Part shown: positions 1-7,998 of the stretch, one piece after another | Numbering within the stretch: position 1 is the stretch's first letter | Layout: every line of letters begins with the position of its first letter | Source of the DNA: an uncultured virus (IMG/VR IMGVR_UViG_3300017643_000041) | Lineage: Duplodnaviria > Heunggongvirae > Uroviricota > Caudoviricetes | Direction: 5' to 3' (one strand) | IMG/VR virus record: IMGVR_UViG_3300017643_000041 | DNA length: 64,000 nucleotides | Program-made: the position numbers and the translations under genes | Notes under the pieces: model-generated | Told to the model about the DNA's origin: nothing | Database searches by the model: none | What the model saw: the letters and a program-made list of their open reading frames with translations, nothing else

Positions 1-417
1 TTAGTATTCCTCTCTTTCTATTAGGCTGTAAAGGTATTCAGCCTGCTTTATTGGATCATCAAATGTTTTAAAGCCTCTGGACAGATGAAATTTAGTAGGA
101 ATTATTATCGCCTTGCATTTATGCTGGTGATTTAATCTGCCTAATTTGGTAGCTCTGCGCAATAACTCGGCTTGGACTCCCTCGTAAATTTCCAGGCCTA
201 TGAGCGGTGGATAAAATTCATCTCCTAGGTAATGTTTATTGGTAAGTAGGTTCTTTATCGTGGGATGAAGCATACGAAGGTCTGCGGATTTAGCAGAATT
301 ACTCAGGCTTTTGCCGGATAAATAAGCTTTGTATAAAAATCTAAGTTTATCTGCTTCAGACTGATCAACCACAGCCTTGCCATTTTCAATCTTGTAACCA
401 AAGGGTATATGCGCCAT
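1..417 (-). CDS. Small recombinase-domain protein (middle gene of serine recombinase cassette)
   Basis: IPFGY motif and recombinase DNA-binding-domain-like sequence; paralogue at 54796-55212. Confidence 0.8.
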   Translation of the reverse strand: MAHIPFGYKIENGKAVVDQSEADKLRFLYKAYLSGKSLSNSAKSADLRMLHPTIKNLLTNKHYLGDEFYPPLIGLEIYEGVQAELLRRATKLGRLNHQHKCKAIIIPTKFHLSRGFKTFDDPIKQAEYLYSLIEREEY

Positions 418-421
418 TGTT

Positions 422-1981
422 TCACATCCTTTCTGTGAGGCTGAGCCCGCATTTTAATACAAAAGTTACTTTCTGGCGGTTTTTAATAATAATCTTCTCA
501 ACAAAATCTGTGAAAACAGCATCATCGAATTGCATAAGCATAGACGCCTTTTCGGTATAGCGCAGTAGTTTGGTTAGCTCAGTAATCTTGCAATTATCAC
601 CGGTTAGGCTGCTGCCTAAAGCCGTAATTTCATTTTTAGCATTATCTGCTTGCCGTAATAATTCGTTGGCTTGACCGGTATAGATGATTTTATCAATATA
701 GCCCTGAGCCATGAGCGTAGACAAGGTTTCTCGTTGCTCGGTATTTCGTAGCAATTCTGTTTGTAATTCTTTAATTTTAAGTAGGGCAGCATCCTTGCTG
801 GTTGCCTTCAAAGTAATTAATAAAGGTTTCAGGATAACTGCATGGGCAAAAATAAGCTTGTTTATCAGAGTAGTAAAGGCGCCTTTTATGGCAGCATCTT
901 CCAGGTAGAGCAGAGAGCATTTTTCTTTGTTTGCTAGGTGAGTAGAACAACACCAAGCAACGTACTTATAATTTCCAGCAGTATGGATACGTCTTTTTAA
1001 GGTTGCACCACACTGGCCGCATATAAGCTTTCCTGAAAGCGTATAGCGGTTGGTGTATTTCTTAGCGCTTTGGCTGATGTTCTTTTCCAAAGCATGCTGC
1101 CTGATTATTTTTGTTACGGCCTCAAAGGTGGAACGGCTGATAATTGCTTCATGATCATCTTTGACTAAATATTGGTCTCTTTGCCCGGTGTTCTTGTGTT
1201 TGTTGAATTGAGAATCTGTATAGGTCTTTTGAAGCAATACATCTCCAACATATTTTTCATTGGTAGCTATGCCGAGAATTGTTCCGGAATGCCATTTAAC
1301 CTTACGAAATGTTGGTATTCGTTCAGCATTTAAGTTTTTGGCAATGGTATAGGCACCTTTGCCGGCTAGTAATTCTGTAAAGATACGCTTAACTACTAGG
1401 GCTTCCTTTGGTTCTACTACTAGGGCTTTTCCATCCCATCTGTAACCATAAGGCGGGGAGGTAAGTTTAAAAGTACCTGCCTTAAACCGTGTTTTAATGC
1501 CCCAGCTTATGTTGGCAGCGATTGATGCTGATTCGTCCTCTGCCATGCTGCTTAAAATAGAAAGGAATAATTCGCTTTCCATTGAGCCAGTATTAATGTT
1601 TTCTTTCTCAAAATATACCGGAACATTTATATCCAGCAGGGTTCTTACAAGTTCTAAGCAATCTGTGGTATTGCGGGAAAAGCGGCTGATGGACTTCGTA
1701 ATTATGAAGTCAACTTTCTTGGCCTTACAATCTGCAATTAATTGAAGTAGCTGAGGTCGTATTTCTGCCTTTGTACCTGAAATCCCCTCATCAAAATACA
1801 AACCGGCGTATTCCCACTCAGCCCGCTTAGAAATATAATTTTCATAATGTTCTTTTTGCGTTTCTAAGCTTTCAAGCTGCGCATCAGAGGCTGTGGAGAC
1901 TCTGCAATAGGCAGCAACCTTTAGCTTTGCTTTTGGATTTTCTAGCTGGTTAACAGTTTCAATTTTGGTTATTTTACTCAT
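422..1981 (-). CDS. Large serine recombinase
   Basis: AAYCRVST catalytic Ser, TKSISRFSRN, PPYGY, CGQCG zinc ribbon, coiled coil. Confidence 0.95.
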   Translation of the reverse strand: MSKITKIETVNQLENPKAKLKVAAYCRVSTASDAQLESLETQKEHYENYISKRAEWEYAGLYFDEGISGTKAEIRPQLLQLIADCKAKKVDFIITKSISRFSRNTTDCLELVRTLLDINVPVYFEKENINTGSMESELFLSILSSMAEDESASIAANISWGIKTRFKAGTFKLTSPPYGYRWDGKALVVEPKEALVVKRIFTELLAGKGAYTIAKNLNAERIPTFRKVKWHSGTILGIATNEKYVGDVLLQKTYTDSQFNKHKNTGQRDQYLVKDDHEAIISRSTFEAVTKIIRQHALEKNISQSAKKYTNRYTLSGKLICGQCGATLKRRIHTAGNYKYVAWCCSTHLANKEKCSLLYLEDAAIKGAFTTLINKLIFAHAVILKPLLITLKATSKDAALLKIKELQTELLRNTEQRETLSTLMAQGYIDKIIYTGQANELLRQADNAKNEITALGSSLTGDNCKITELTKLLRYTEKASMLMQFDDAVFTDFVEKIIIKNRQKVTFVLKCGLSLTERM

Positions 1982-2004
1982 AACTATCTCCTTGTCAGTG
2001 TCAC

Positions 2005-2033
2005 ATATTAGCTCTGAAAAGCTTATATAGCAA
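2005..2033 (-). promoter_or_regulatory. Motif B TTGCTA-N12-AGAGCTAATAT, sigmaA-like promoter for the recombinases
   Basis: Same spacing at 16150, 17294 and 56801. Confidence 0.55.
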
Positions 2034-2232
2034 CGGTTTTAGGCAATATTTCTACTAAAAAAGGTGGAAAACTATTGCGGTTGAGTTCCGTCAAGCAATT
2101 AAACTCTTCCTTAGTAATAAGGCCATTTTTTAAGGCTGTTTTGGCAATCACCTGTGCTAAAAAATAATTACAATTTTGCACTATTTGCTCCTGAGACATA
2201 TTGTGAGTGTTTTCTGCTATGACAGTATTCAT
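2023..2232 (-). CDS. Small SHOCT-like protein preceding the recombinases
   Basis: GLITKEEF motif; GGAGGA RBS before ATG at 2232; homologue at 56823-56999. Confidence 0.65.
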   Translation of the reverse strand: MNTVIAENTHNMSQEQIVQNCNYFLAQVIAKTALKNGLITKEEFNCLTELNRNSFPPFLVEILPKTVAI

Positions 2233-2275
2233 ATTACATATCCTCCGTTCTGAAGGAATATCCTTCACTTCCTTC

Positions 2276-2301
2276 TGGAGATTAGGAGGAGGTTTTGACG
2301 A
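2276..2301 (-). promoter_or_regulatory. Motif A TCGTCAAA-N13-CTCCA (leftward copy)
   Basis: One of 7 exactly spaced copies, upstream of the SHOCT/recombinase operon. Confidence 0.65.
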
Positions 2302-2349
2302 AAAAATATTAACTTTTTGAAATTAATACTTTTCTTCCTTATAAATAGA

Positions 2350-2392
2350 AAATCTGCTTGGAAAATTATCCAGGCAGATTTTTTATTTTTTT
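2350..2392. terminator. Hairpin with T-tract between divergent motif A copies
   Basis: AATCTGCTTGGA...TCCAGGCAGATT followed by T-run; analogous hairpin at ~57105-57138. Confidence 0.55.
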
Positions 2393-2400
2393 AAAATTTT

Positions 2401-2430
2401 TCGTCAAAATGGGTAACCAACCTCCAGTGG
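2401..2430 (+). promoter_or_regulatory. Motif A (rightward copy) upstream of the replication operon
   Basis: TCGTCAAA 2401-2408, CTCCAGTGG from 2422. Confidence 0.65.
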
Positions 2431-2480
2431 GTAGTAGAAGGAGATAAACAAAACCAACTCCTTCCGGGAGGTGAAATAAA

Positions 2481-2678
2481 ATGAGTGCAAATATCACAAA
2501 GGTTAATCGCCAGGATGCAGAGCTAATTGAAGTTCTTACTGCAATTAGTAAGGTTTCTGCAAAACTGGCAAAGCAGTTAGCAATGCTAGCTGTACACAAC
2601 AAGGAAAAGGAGGCTTATCAGGATGAAAGAAATGAAAGATGTTGTCAAAGAATTACGATCTACTGCTGTCGTTATTAA
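2481..2678 (+). CDS. Small phage protein
   Basis: GGAGGTG RBS; homologue at 57336-57521 (LxAISKV). Confidence 0.6.
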   Translation: MSANITKVNRQDAELIEVLTAISKVSAKLAKQLAMLAVHNKEKEAYQDERNERCCQRITIYCCRY

Positions 2679-2925
2679 TTCTGTAGCAGAGTACTTGGAA
2701 AAGCAGCAGGCTGCAGAGACGGTAAAGGATGAGCCTGTCCCGGTAAAAGCTCCTATTACTTTGGAACAGGTAAGGGCAGTATTAGCTGAAAAAGCTCGCG
2801 CTGGTCATACTGCTGAAGTAAAAGCCTTGTTAGTAAAATATGGTGCCAATAAACTGTCAGAAGTTACTGCTGATAAGTACAAGGCTTTACTTCAGGATGC
2901 GGAGGAAATTAAAGATGCCAGCTAA
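2623..2925 (+). CDS. Conserved phage replication-module protein
   Basis: ITLEQVRAVLAEKARAG...KYGANKLSEV; homologue at 57460. Confidence 0.8.
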   Translation: MKEMKDVVKELRSTAVVINSVAEYLEKQQAAETVKDEPVPVKAPITLEQVRAVLAEKARAGHTAEVKALLVKYGANKLSEVTADKYKALLQDAEEIKDAS

Positions 2926-4042
2926 TGGACATGCCTTTTTATCTGCTTCTTCAGCAGCTAGGTGGTTGCATTGCCCACCATCTGCTAGGCTGGGGGAGAA
3001 CTACAAGGAGCAAAACAGTGAATATGCACAAGAGGGTACGGAGGCTCATGCACTTTGTGAATATAAGCTGAAAAAGGCTCTCGGCATTAAGACCAAGAAC
3101 CCAACCAAGCATCTGGCAAGATATTCTGAAGAAATGGAAGAATGTGCCAATGATTATGTCGCTTATCTTATGGGCGAACTTGAACTGGCAAAGCAGCTTT
3201 GTAAGGATCCAGCCGTCTTTATTGAACAAAGAGTAGATTTTTCTCGTTGGGTAAAAGATGGCTTTGGCACAGCGGATGCTCTTATCGTGGCGGATAAGGT
3301 CCTTAAAGTATGCGACTATAAGCATGGCTTAGGTCACGTTATTTCTGCAAAAGAAAATCCTCAAATGATGTGTTACGCCTTAGCTGCCGTGGACCTGTTT
3401 GATGGTATTTACGATATTGAAAAAGTCAGCATGACCATCTTTCAGCCACGTAGAAGTAATGTAAGTACCTTTGAAATAGCTAAGGGAGAGCTCTATCGTT
3501 GGGCCAAGGAAGTACTACAGCCGGCAGCAGAATTAGCTTTTACAGGAGAGGGACAGTTCTTATGCGGAGAATGGTGTTCTTTCTGTAATGCTAAGCACGA
3601 ATGCCGGGCAAGGGCTGAGGCTAATCTATTGCTAGCAAAGTTTGACTTTAAACTGCCACCTTTGCTGGAAGATGCTGAAATAGAGGTAATCCTATCCAAG
3701 ATAGATTCCCTGATAACCTGGGCTAATGACATCAAGGAATATGCTCTTAGGCAGGCTGTCAGCGGGAAGCTATGGAAGGGCTGGAAACTGGTTGAAGGAC
3801 GGTCTAATCGTAAGTACGTAAATGAAGAAACCGTTGTTAAGACAGTAACAGAGGCCGGCTTCGATCCTTATGAGAAAAAGCTTCTAAGCGTGTCAGCTAT
3901 GCAAAAACTCTTAGGGAAAACCAAATTCGAAGAGCTATTATCAACTCTTATAGAGAAGCCGCAGGGTAAACCAACGCTAGTTCCGGACAGCGATAAAAGG
4001 CCGGAAATGAACAACGCGAAACAAGATTTTAGTGAAAATTAA
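2915..4042 (+). CDS. DUF2800 family Cas4-like PD-(D/E)xK exonuclease
   Basis: HAFLSASSAARWLHCPPS, GFGTAD, DYKHG, C-terminal Cys cluster; start adjusted to ATG 2915. Confidence 0.9.
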   Translation: MPANGHAFLSASSAARWLHCPPSARLGENYKEQNSEYAQEGTEAHALCEYKLKKALGIKTKNPTKHLARYSEEMEECANDYVAYLMGELELAKQLCKDPAVFIEQRVDFSRWVKDGFGTADALIVADKVLKVCDYKHGLGHVISAKENPQMMCYALAAVDLFDGIYDIEKVSMTIFQPRRSNVSTFEIAKGELYRWAKEVLQPAAELAFTGEGQFLCGEWCSFCNAKHECRARAEANLLLAKFDFKLPPLLEDAEIEVILSKIDSLITWANDIKEYALRQAVSGKLWKGWKLVEGRSNRKYVNEETVVKTVTEAGFDPYEKKLLSVSAMQKLLGKTKFEELLSTLIEKPQGKPTLVPDSDKRPEMNNAKQDFSEN

Positions 4043-4056
4043 AGGAGAGATATATT

Positions 4057-4626
4057 ATGACTAATAAAATTAATGCAAATCCAATGAAGGTAATTACCGG
4101 TAAAGATACCAGATGGAGCTACGCTAATGTTTGGGAACCGAAGAGCATCAATGGTGGAACACCTAAGTATAGTGTTAGCTTAATTATTCCCAAAGCTGAT
4201 ACACGTACAGTGGAGAAGATTAAGGCTGCTATTGAAGCTGCATATAAGGAAGGGGAAAGCAAACTTAAAGGCAATGGCAGAAGCGTACCACCTTTGAGTA
4301 CCATTAAAACACCGTTAAGAGATGGGGACATAGAACGTCCTGATGATAAGAACTATGCAAATTCTTATTTCATTAATGCCAATGCTACGACTGCTCCTGG
4401 TATTGTAGATGCCAATTGTAATCCCATTATTACACGTTCTGAGGTTTATTCCGGTGTATATGGTAGGGCAAGCATTTCCTTCTATAGCTTCAATAGTTCA
4501 GGCAATAAAGGGATCGCCTGTGGACTGAATAATCTGCAAAAACTTCGGGATGGCGAACCTCTGGGCGGTAAGGCTAGCGCTGAGATGGACTTTTCCACTG
4601 AAGCAGACGATGACTTTTTGAAATAG
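4057..4626 (+). CDS. DUF2815 family ssDNA-binding protein
   Basis: KYSVSLIIPK, PLRDGD, GIACGLNNLQK, acidic tail DDDFL. Confidence 0.9.
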   Translation: MTNKINANPMKVITGKDTRWSYANVWEPKSINGGTPKYSVSLIIPKADTRTVEKIKAAIEAAYKEGESKLKGNGRSVPPLSTIKTPLRDGDIERPDDKNYANSYFINANATTAPGIVDANCNPIITRSEVYSGVYGRASISFYSFNSSGNKGIACGLNNLQKLRDGEPLGGKASAEMDFSTEADDDFLK

Positions 4627-4638
4627 GAGGAAAATACT

Positions 4639-4815
4639 ATGTATAACTATGAATTTGCCAAAGAAATAATTGTTATGGTTACGTTTTATATTTACATTGG
4701 TCTTTCTGCTATGGGTTTCTTCTTCATTGCCTATAACGTTATAGATTTGTTAATCTTTTGCTTTAAGGAAATCAAAAAAAGATTAACAAAGAAAGACCAA
4801 GACCAGGAATATTAA
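4639..4815 (+). CDS. 58-aa single-pass membrane protein (not in ORF track)
   Basis: AGGAGG RBS; MYNYEFAKEIIVMVTFYIYIGLSAMGFFFIAY...; positional homologue at 59468-59635. Confidence 0.7.
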   Translation: MYNYEFAKEIIVMVTFYIYIGLSAMGFFFIAYNVIDLLIFCFKEIKKRLTKKDQDQEY

Positions 4816-4875
4816 AAGGTACTGATAGCGGTAGGGGTAGCACCTTGCCGCTATTCTTTTAAGAAAGGGATAGTT

Positions 4876-6804
4876 ATGAAAACAATAAGTATAGATATAG
4901 AAACCTATTCTAGTACTAACCTACAAAAGTCTGGGGCATATAAATATGCCGAGTCTGCTGATTTTGAAATATTGCTGTTTAGTTACAGCGTGGATAAAGG
5001 GCCAGTGCAAGTCGTAGATTTAGCTATGGGAGATAAAATACCTGAAGCAATATTAACTGCCCTGAAAAATGAAAAAGTCGCTAAATGGGCTTTTAATGCT
5101 TCCTTTGAACGTGTCTGCTTGTCTCGTTATTTAAGGGAACCGCTTAATCCAGATGGTTGGTACTGTACCATGATTTGGGCAGCTACCTTAGGACTGCCGT
5201 TATCCTTACAAGGTGTAGGCGCAATACTTGGCATGGAGAAACAAAAGCTGACGGAAGGCAAAAGTCTGCTTAAGTATTTTTGCGTACCTTGTGCTCCGAC
5301 TAAAGTCAATGGTGGGCGTACCAGAAATTTGCCCAAGCATGATTTAGCTAAATGGGAGCAGTTTAAAGCCTATAACATCAGAGACGTAGAGACAGAACTT
5401 GGCATTCAACAGAAATTGTTAAAGTTCCCTGTACCGAAAAAAATCTGGAACGAATACCATCTTGATCAGGAAATAAATGACCGTGGCATTGGGGTTGATT
5501 GCTCCTTGGTGAAGCAGGCGATAGCTATTGATGAAAAGGTAAAAGCTAGTCTTAGAGATAAGATGCAGAAGCTTACTAATTTAGCTAATCCTAATTCAGT
5601 ACAACAAATGATTGGCTGGTTAGCCGCTAATGGATTGAAAACAGATACACTTGGTAAAAAAGCTGTAGCAGAAATGCTAAAGACTGCTCCTAAAGAATTA
5701 GGAGAGGCTTTACAACTTAGACAGCAATTGGCCAAGTCCTCTGTTAGAAAGTATACGGCTATGGACAAGGCTGCCTGCAAGGATAGTAGGGCCAGGGGGA
5801 TGTTTCAATTTTATGGGGCGAATAGGACAGGACGATTTTCTGGTAGGTTAATACAATTACAAAATTTGCCACAAAATCATATGGCTGACTTGTCTCAAGC
5901 AAGGGAACTAGTATTAAGTGGCAACTATGCTGCCTTGGAGCTGCTTTATGAAGATATCCCGGATACCTTGTCTCAGCTTATAAGGACAGCTTTTGTACCT
6001 CAAAACGGCAGGAAGTTTATAGTTTCAGATTTTAGTGCAATTGAGGCCAGGGTACTAGCCTGGCTTGCAGGGGAAACATGGAGAATGCAGGTGTTTGCTG
6101 AGGGCGGGGACATATATTGTGCTTCAGCAACAAAAATGTTTAAGGTACCGGTCGAGAAACATGGTATTAATGGTCACTTACGGCAAAAAGGTAAAATAGC
6201 TGAATTAGCTTTGGGTTATGGTGGCTCAGTAGGAGCTCTTAAGGCCATGGGCGCATTAGAGATGGGTGTAAAGGAAAAAGAATTAAAACCACTGGTTAAT
6301 GCTTGGCGTATGTCTAATGAAAAGATTACAGCCTTATGGTGGGCTGTAGATGATGCTATCAAAGAATGTATAAAAGGGCGATATGAAACCGAAACGCAAG
6401 GTATTAGCTTCAGCTACGAGAGCGGTTTCCTATTTATTACACTTCCATCCGGAAGACATCTTGCTTATGTAAAACCACGGTTGGGCATAAACCAATTTGG
6501 TGGTGAATCAGTAACTTATGAAGGCATAGGTCCCACTAAGAAATGGGAAAGGCTGGAAAGCTACGGACCAAAGTTTTGTGAAAACATTACCCAGGCCATT
6601 GCCAGGGATCTTTTAGTCTACGCCATGCAAACTTTACGGAACTGTGCCATTGTAGGGCACGTTCATGATGAACTAATTATTGAAGCTGACCAAAGAATGT
6701 CACTTAAGGCTGTTTGTGAGCAAATGGGTAGAACTCCACCTTGGGCCAAGGGTTTACTGCTTAGAGCAGATGGCTACGAATGTGACTTTTATAAAAAGGA
6801 TTAA
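4876..6804 (+). CDS. Phage DNA polymerase, family A, with 3'-5' exonuclease domain
   Basis: DIETYS exo motif, TGRFSG, DFSAIEAR motif A, RQKGKIAELALGYG motif B, HVHDE motif C. Confidence 0.95.
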   Translation: MKTISIDIETYSSTNLQKSGAYKYAESADFEILLFSYSVDKGPVQVVDLAMGDKIPEAILTALKNEKVAKWAFNASFERVCLSRYLREPLNPDGWYCTMIWAATLGLPLSLQGVGAILGMEKQKLTEGKSLLKYFCVPCAPTKVNGGRTRNLPKHDLAKWEQFKAYNIRDVETELGIQQKLLKFPVPKKIWNEYHLDQEINDRGIGVDCSLVKQAIAIDEKVKASLRDKMQKLTNLANPNSVQQMIGWLAANGLKTDTLGKKAVAEMLKTAPKELGEALQLRQQLAKSSVRKYTAMDKAACKDSRARGMFQFYGANRTGRFSGRLIQLQNLPQNHMADLSQARELVLSGNYAALELLYEDIPDTLSQLIRTAFVPQNGRKFIVSDFSAIEARVLAWLAGETWRMQVFAEGGDIYCASATKMFKVPVEKHGINGHLRQKGKIAELALGYGGSVGALKAMGALEMGVKEKELKPLVNAWRMSNEKITALWWAVDDAIKECIKGRYETETQGISFSYESGFLFITLPSGRHLAYVKPRLGINQFGGESVTYEGIGPTKKWERLESYGPKFCENITQAIARDLLVYAMQTLRNCAIVGHVHDELIIEADQRMSLKAVCEQMGRTPPWAKGLLLRADGYECDFYKKD

Positions 6805-6818
6805 AAAATAAAAAAGTT

Positions 6819-6848
6819 TCGTCAAAATGGCATCTAAACCTCCAGTGG
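6819..6848 (+). promoter_or_regulatory. Motif A upstream of the antirepressor
   Basis: TCGTCAAA 6819-6826, CTCCAGTGG from 6840. Confidence 0.65.
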
Positions 6849-6900
6849 GTAGTAGGAGAGGATAAAACCTCTTACTAATACCCATATGGAGGACTTTTTT

Positions 6901-7650
6901 ATGAATGGATTAATCAGCATCAACTACGACAGTGAAAGACCTACTGTAAGTGGTCGAGAGTTACACCGGGCTTTGAGGGTGGAAACCAGGTACAATGATT
7001 GGTTTTCCAGAATGTGCGATTTTGGTTTTGAAGAAGATAAGGACTTTTACTCAAATTTGAGTAAAAGCAGCGGTGGCCGGCCTTCTGAGGATCATGAGCT
7101 TACTATTCCAATGGCCAAAGAAATATGTATGCTGCAACGTACTGAAATTGGTCGCGAATTTCGTAAGTATTTTATTAGTATCGAGGAACAGTGGAATTCT
7201 CCGGAAGCTGTTATGTCTAGGGCTTTGAAATATGCTAATGACCAGCTTACTGCTATTAGTAAACAAAATTCAGAACTGCTTTCCACTGTGGCAGTACAAA
7301 ACCAACAAATAGCTGAAATGCAACCCAAAGCAAGCTACTACGACATTGTTTTGCAATGTAAAAACGCGCTCCCAATATCTGTTATTGCTAAAGATTACGG
7401 ACTAAGCGGTAGGCACTTGAACCAACTCCTGCATGAATTAGGCGTGGAGTATAAACAAGGCGATATCTGGCTTTTATACATTGGATATGCGAATAAAGGC
7501 TATACCTGCACAAAAACTCATTCTTACGAGGGTAATGATGGAAATCTGTATAGCAGGGTACATACCTATTGGACACAAAAGGGCCGCTTGTTTATTTATG
7601 ACCTATTAAAAAAGGCCGGAGTCTTGCCACTGATGGAAAGGGAGGCCTAA
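6901..7650 (+). CDS. Phage antirepressor (AntA/AntB N-terminus plus KilA-C/ANT domain)
   Basis: VSGRELH...YNDWF, R.YFI.IE, TYWTQKGRLFIY. Confidence 0.9.
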   Translation: MNGLISINYDSERPTVSGRELHRALRVETRYNDWFSRMCDFGFEEDKDFYSNLSKSSGGRPSEDHELTIPMAKEICMLQRTEIGREFRKYFISIEEQWNSPEAVMSRALKYANDQLTAISKQNSELLSTVAVQNQQIAEMQPKASYYDIVLQCKNALPISVIAKDYGLSGRHLNQLLHELGVEYKQGDIWLLYIGYANKGYTCTKTHSYEGNDGNLYSRVHTYWTQKGRLFIYDLLKKAGVLPLMEREA

Positions 7651-7653
7651 GTC

Positions 7654-7998
7654 ATGAAAAGAAAGGCCAGAGAAGTTGTTTATGTTTGTTCTCCTTATGC
7701 TGGCGTTATAGATAAAAACGTTTCTAATGCCAGGAAGTATAGCCGTTTCGTGCTAACGAAAAGAAAAATTCCCCTGACACCTCATTTGCTCTATCCACAG
7801 TTCATGGATGATACCAATCCGAATGAACGTAAAGTGGCCTTCAGCATCAATAAGGTACTTTTAGGTAAATGCGAAGAGCTCTGGGTGTTTGGCCGGAATA
7901 TCACTGCCGGCATGAGGCTGGAAATAAACCTTGCCAGAGGAAGAGGCCTTTTGCTCAGATGGTTTGATGAAAACTTGCAGGAGGTACAGGCACAATGA
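7654..7998 (+). CDS. Nucleoside 2-deoxyribosyltransferase-like (DUF4406-like) phage protein
   Basis: VYVCSPYAG, PHLLYPQF, CEELWVFG, TAGMRLEI. Confidence 0.7.
   Translation: MKRKAREVVYVCSPYAGVIDKNVSNARKYSRFVLTKRKIPLTPHLLYPQFMDDTNPNERKVAFSINKVLLGKCEELWVFGRNITAGMRLEINLARGRGLLLRWFDENLQEVQAQ

Noticed and set aside
2915..4042. Cas4-like nuclease as part of CRISPR-Cas
   Set aside because: It sits in a standard phage replication module and is repeated in element 2
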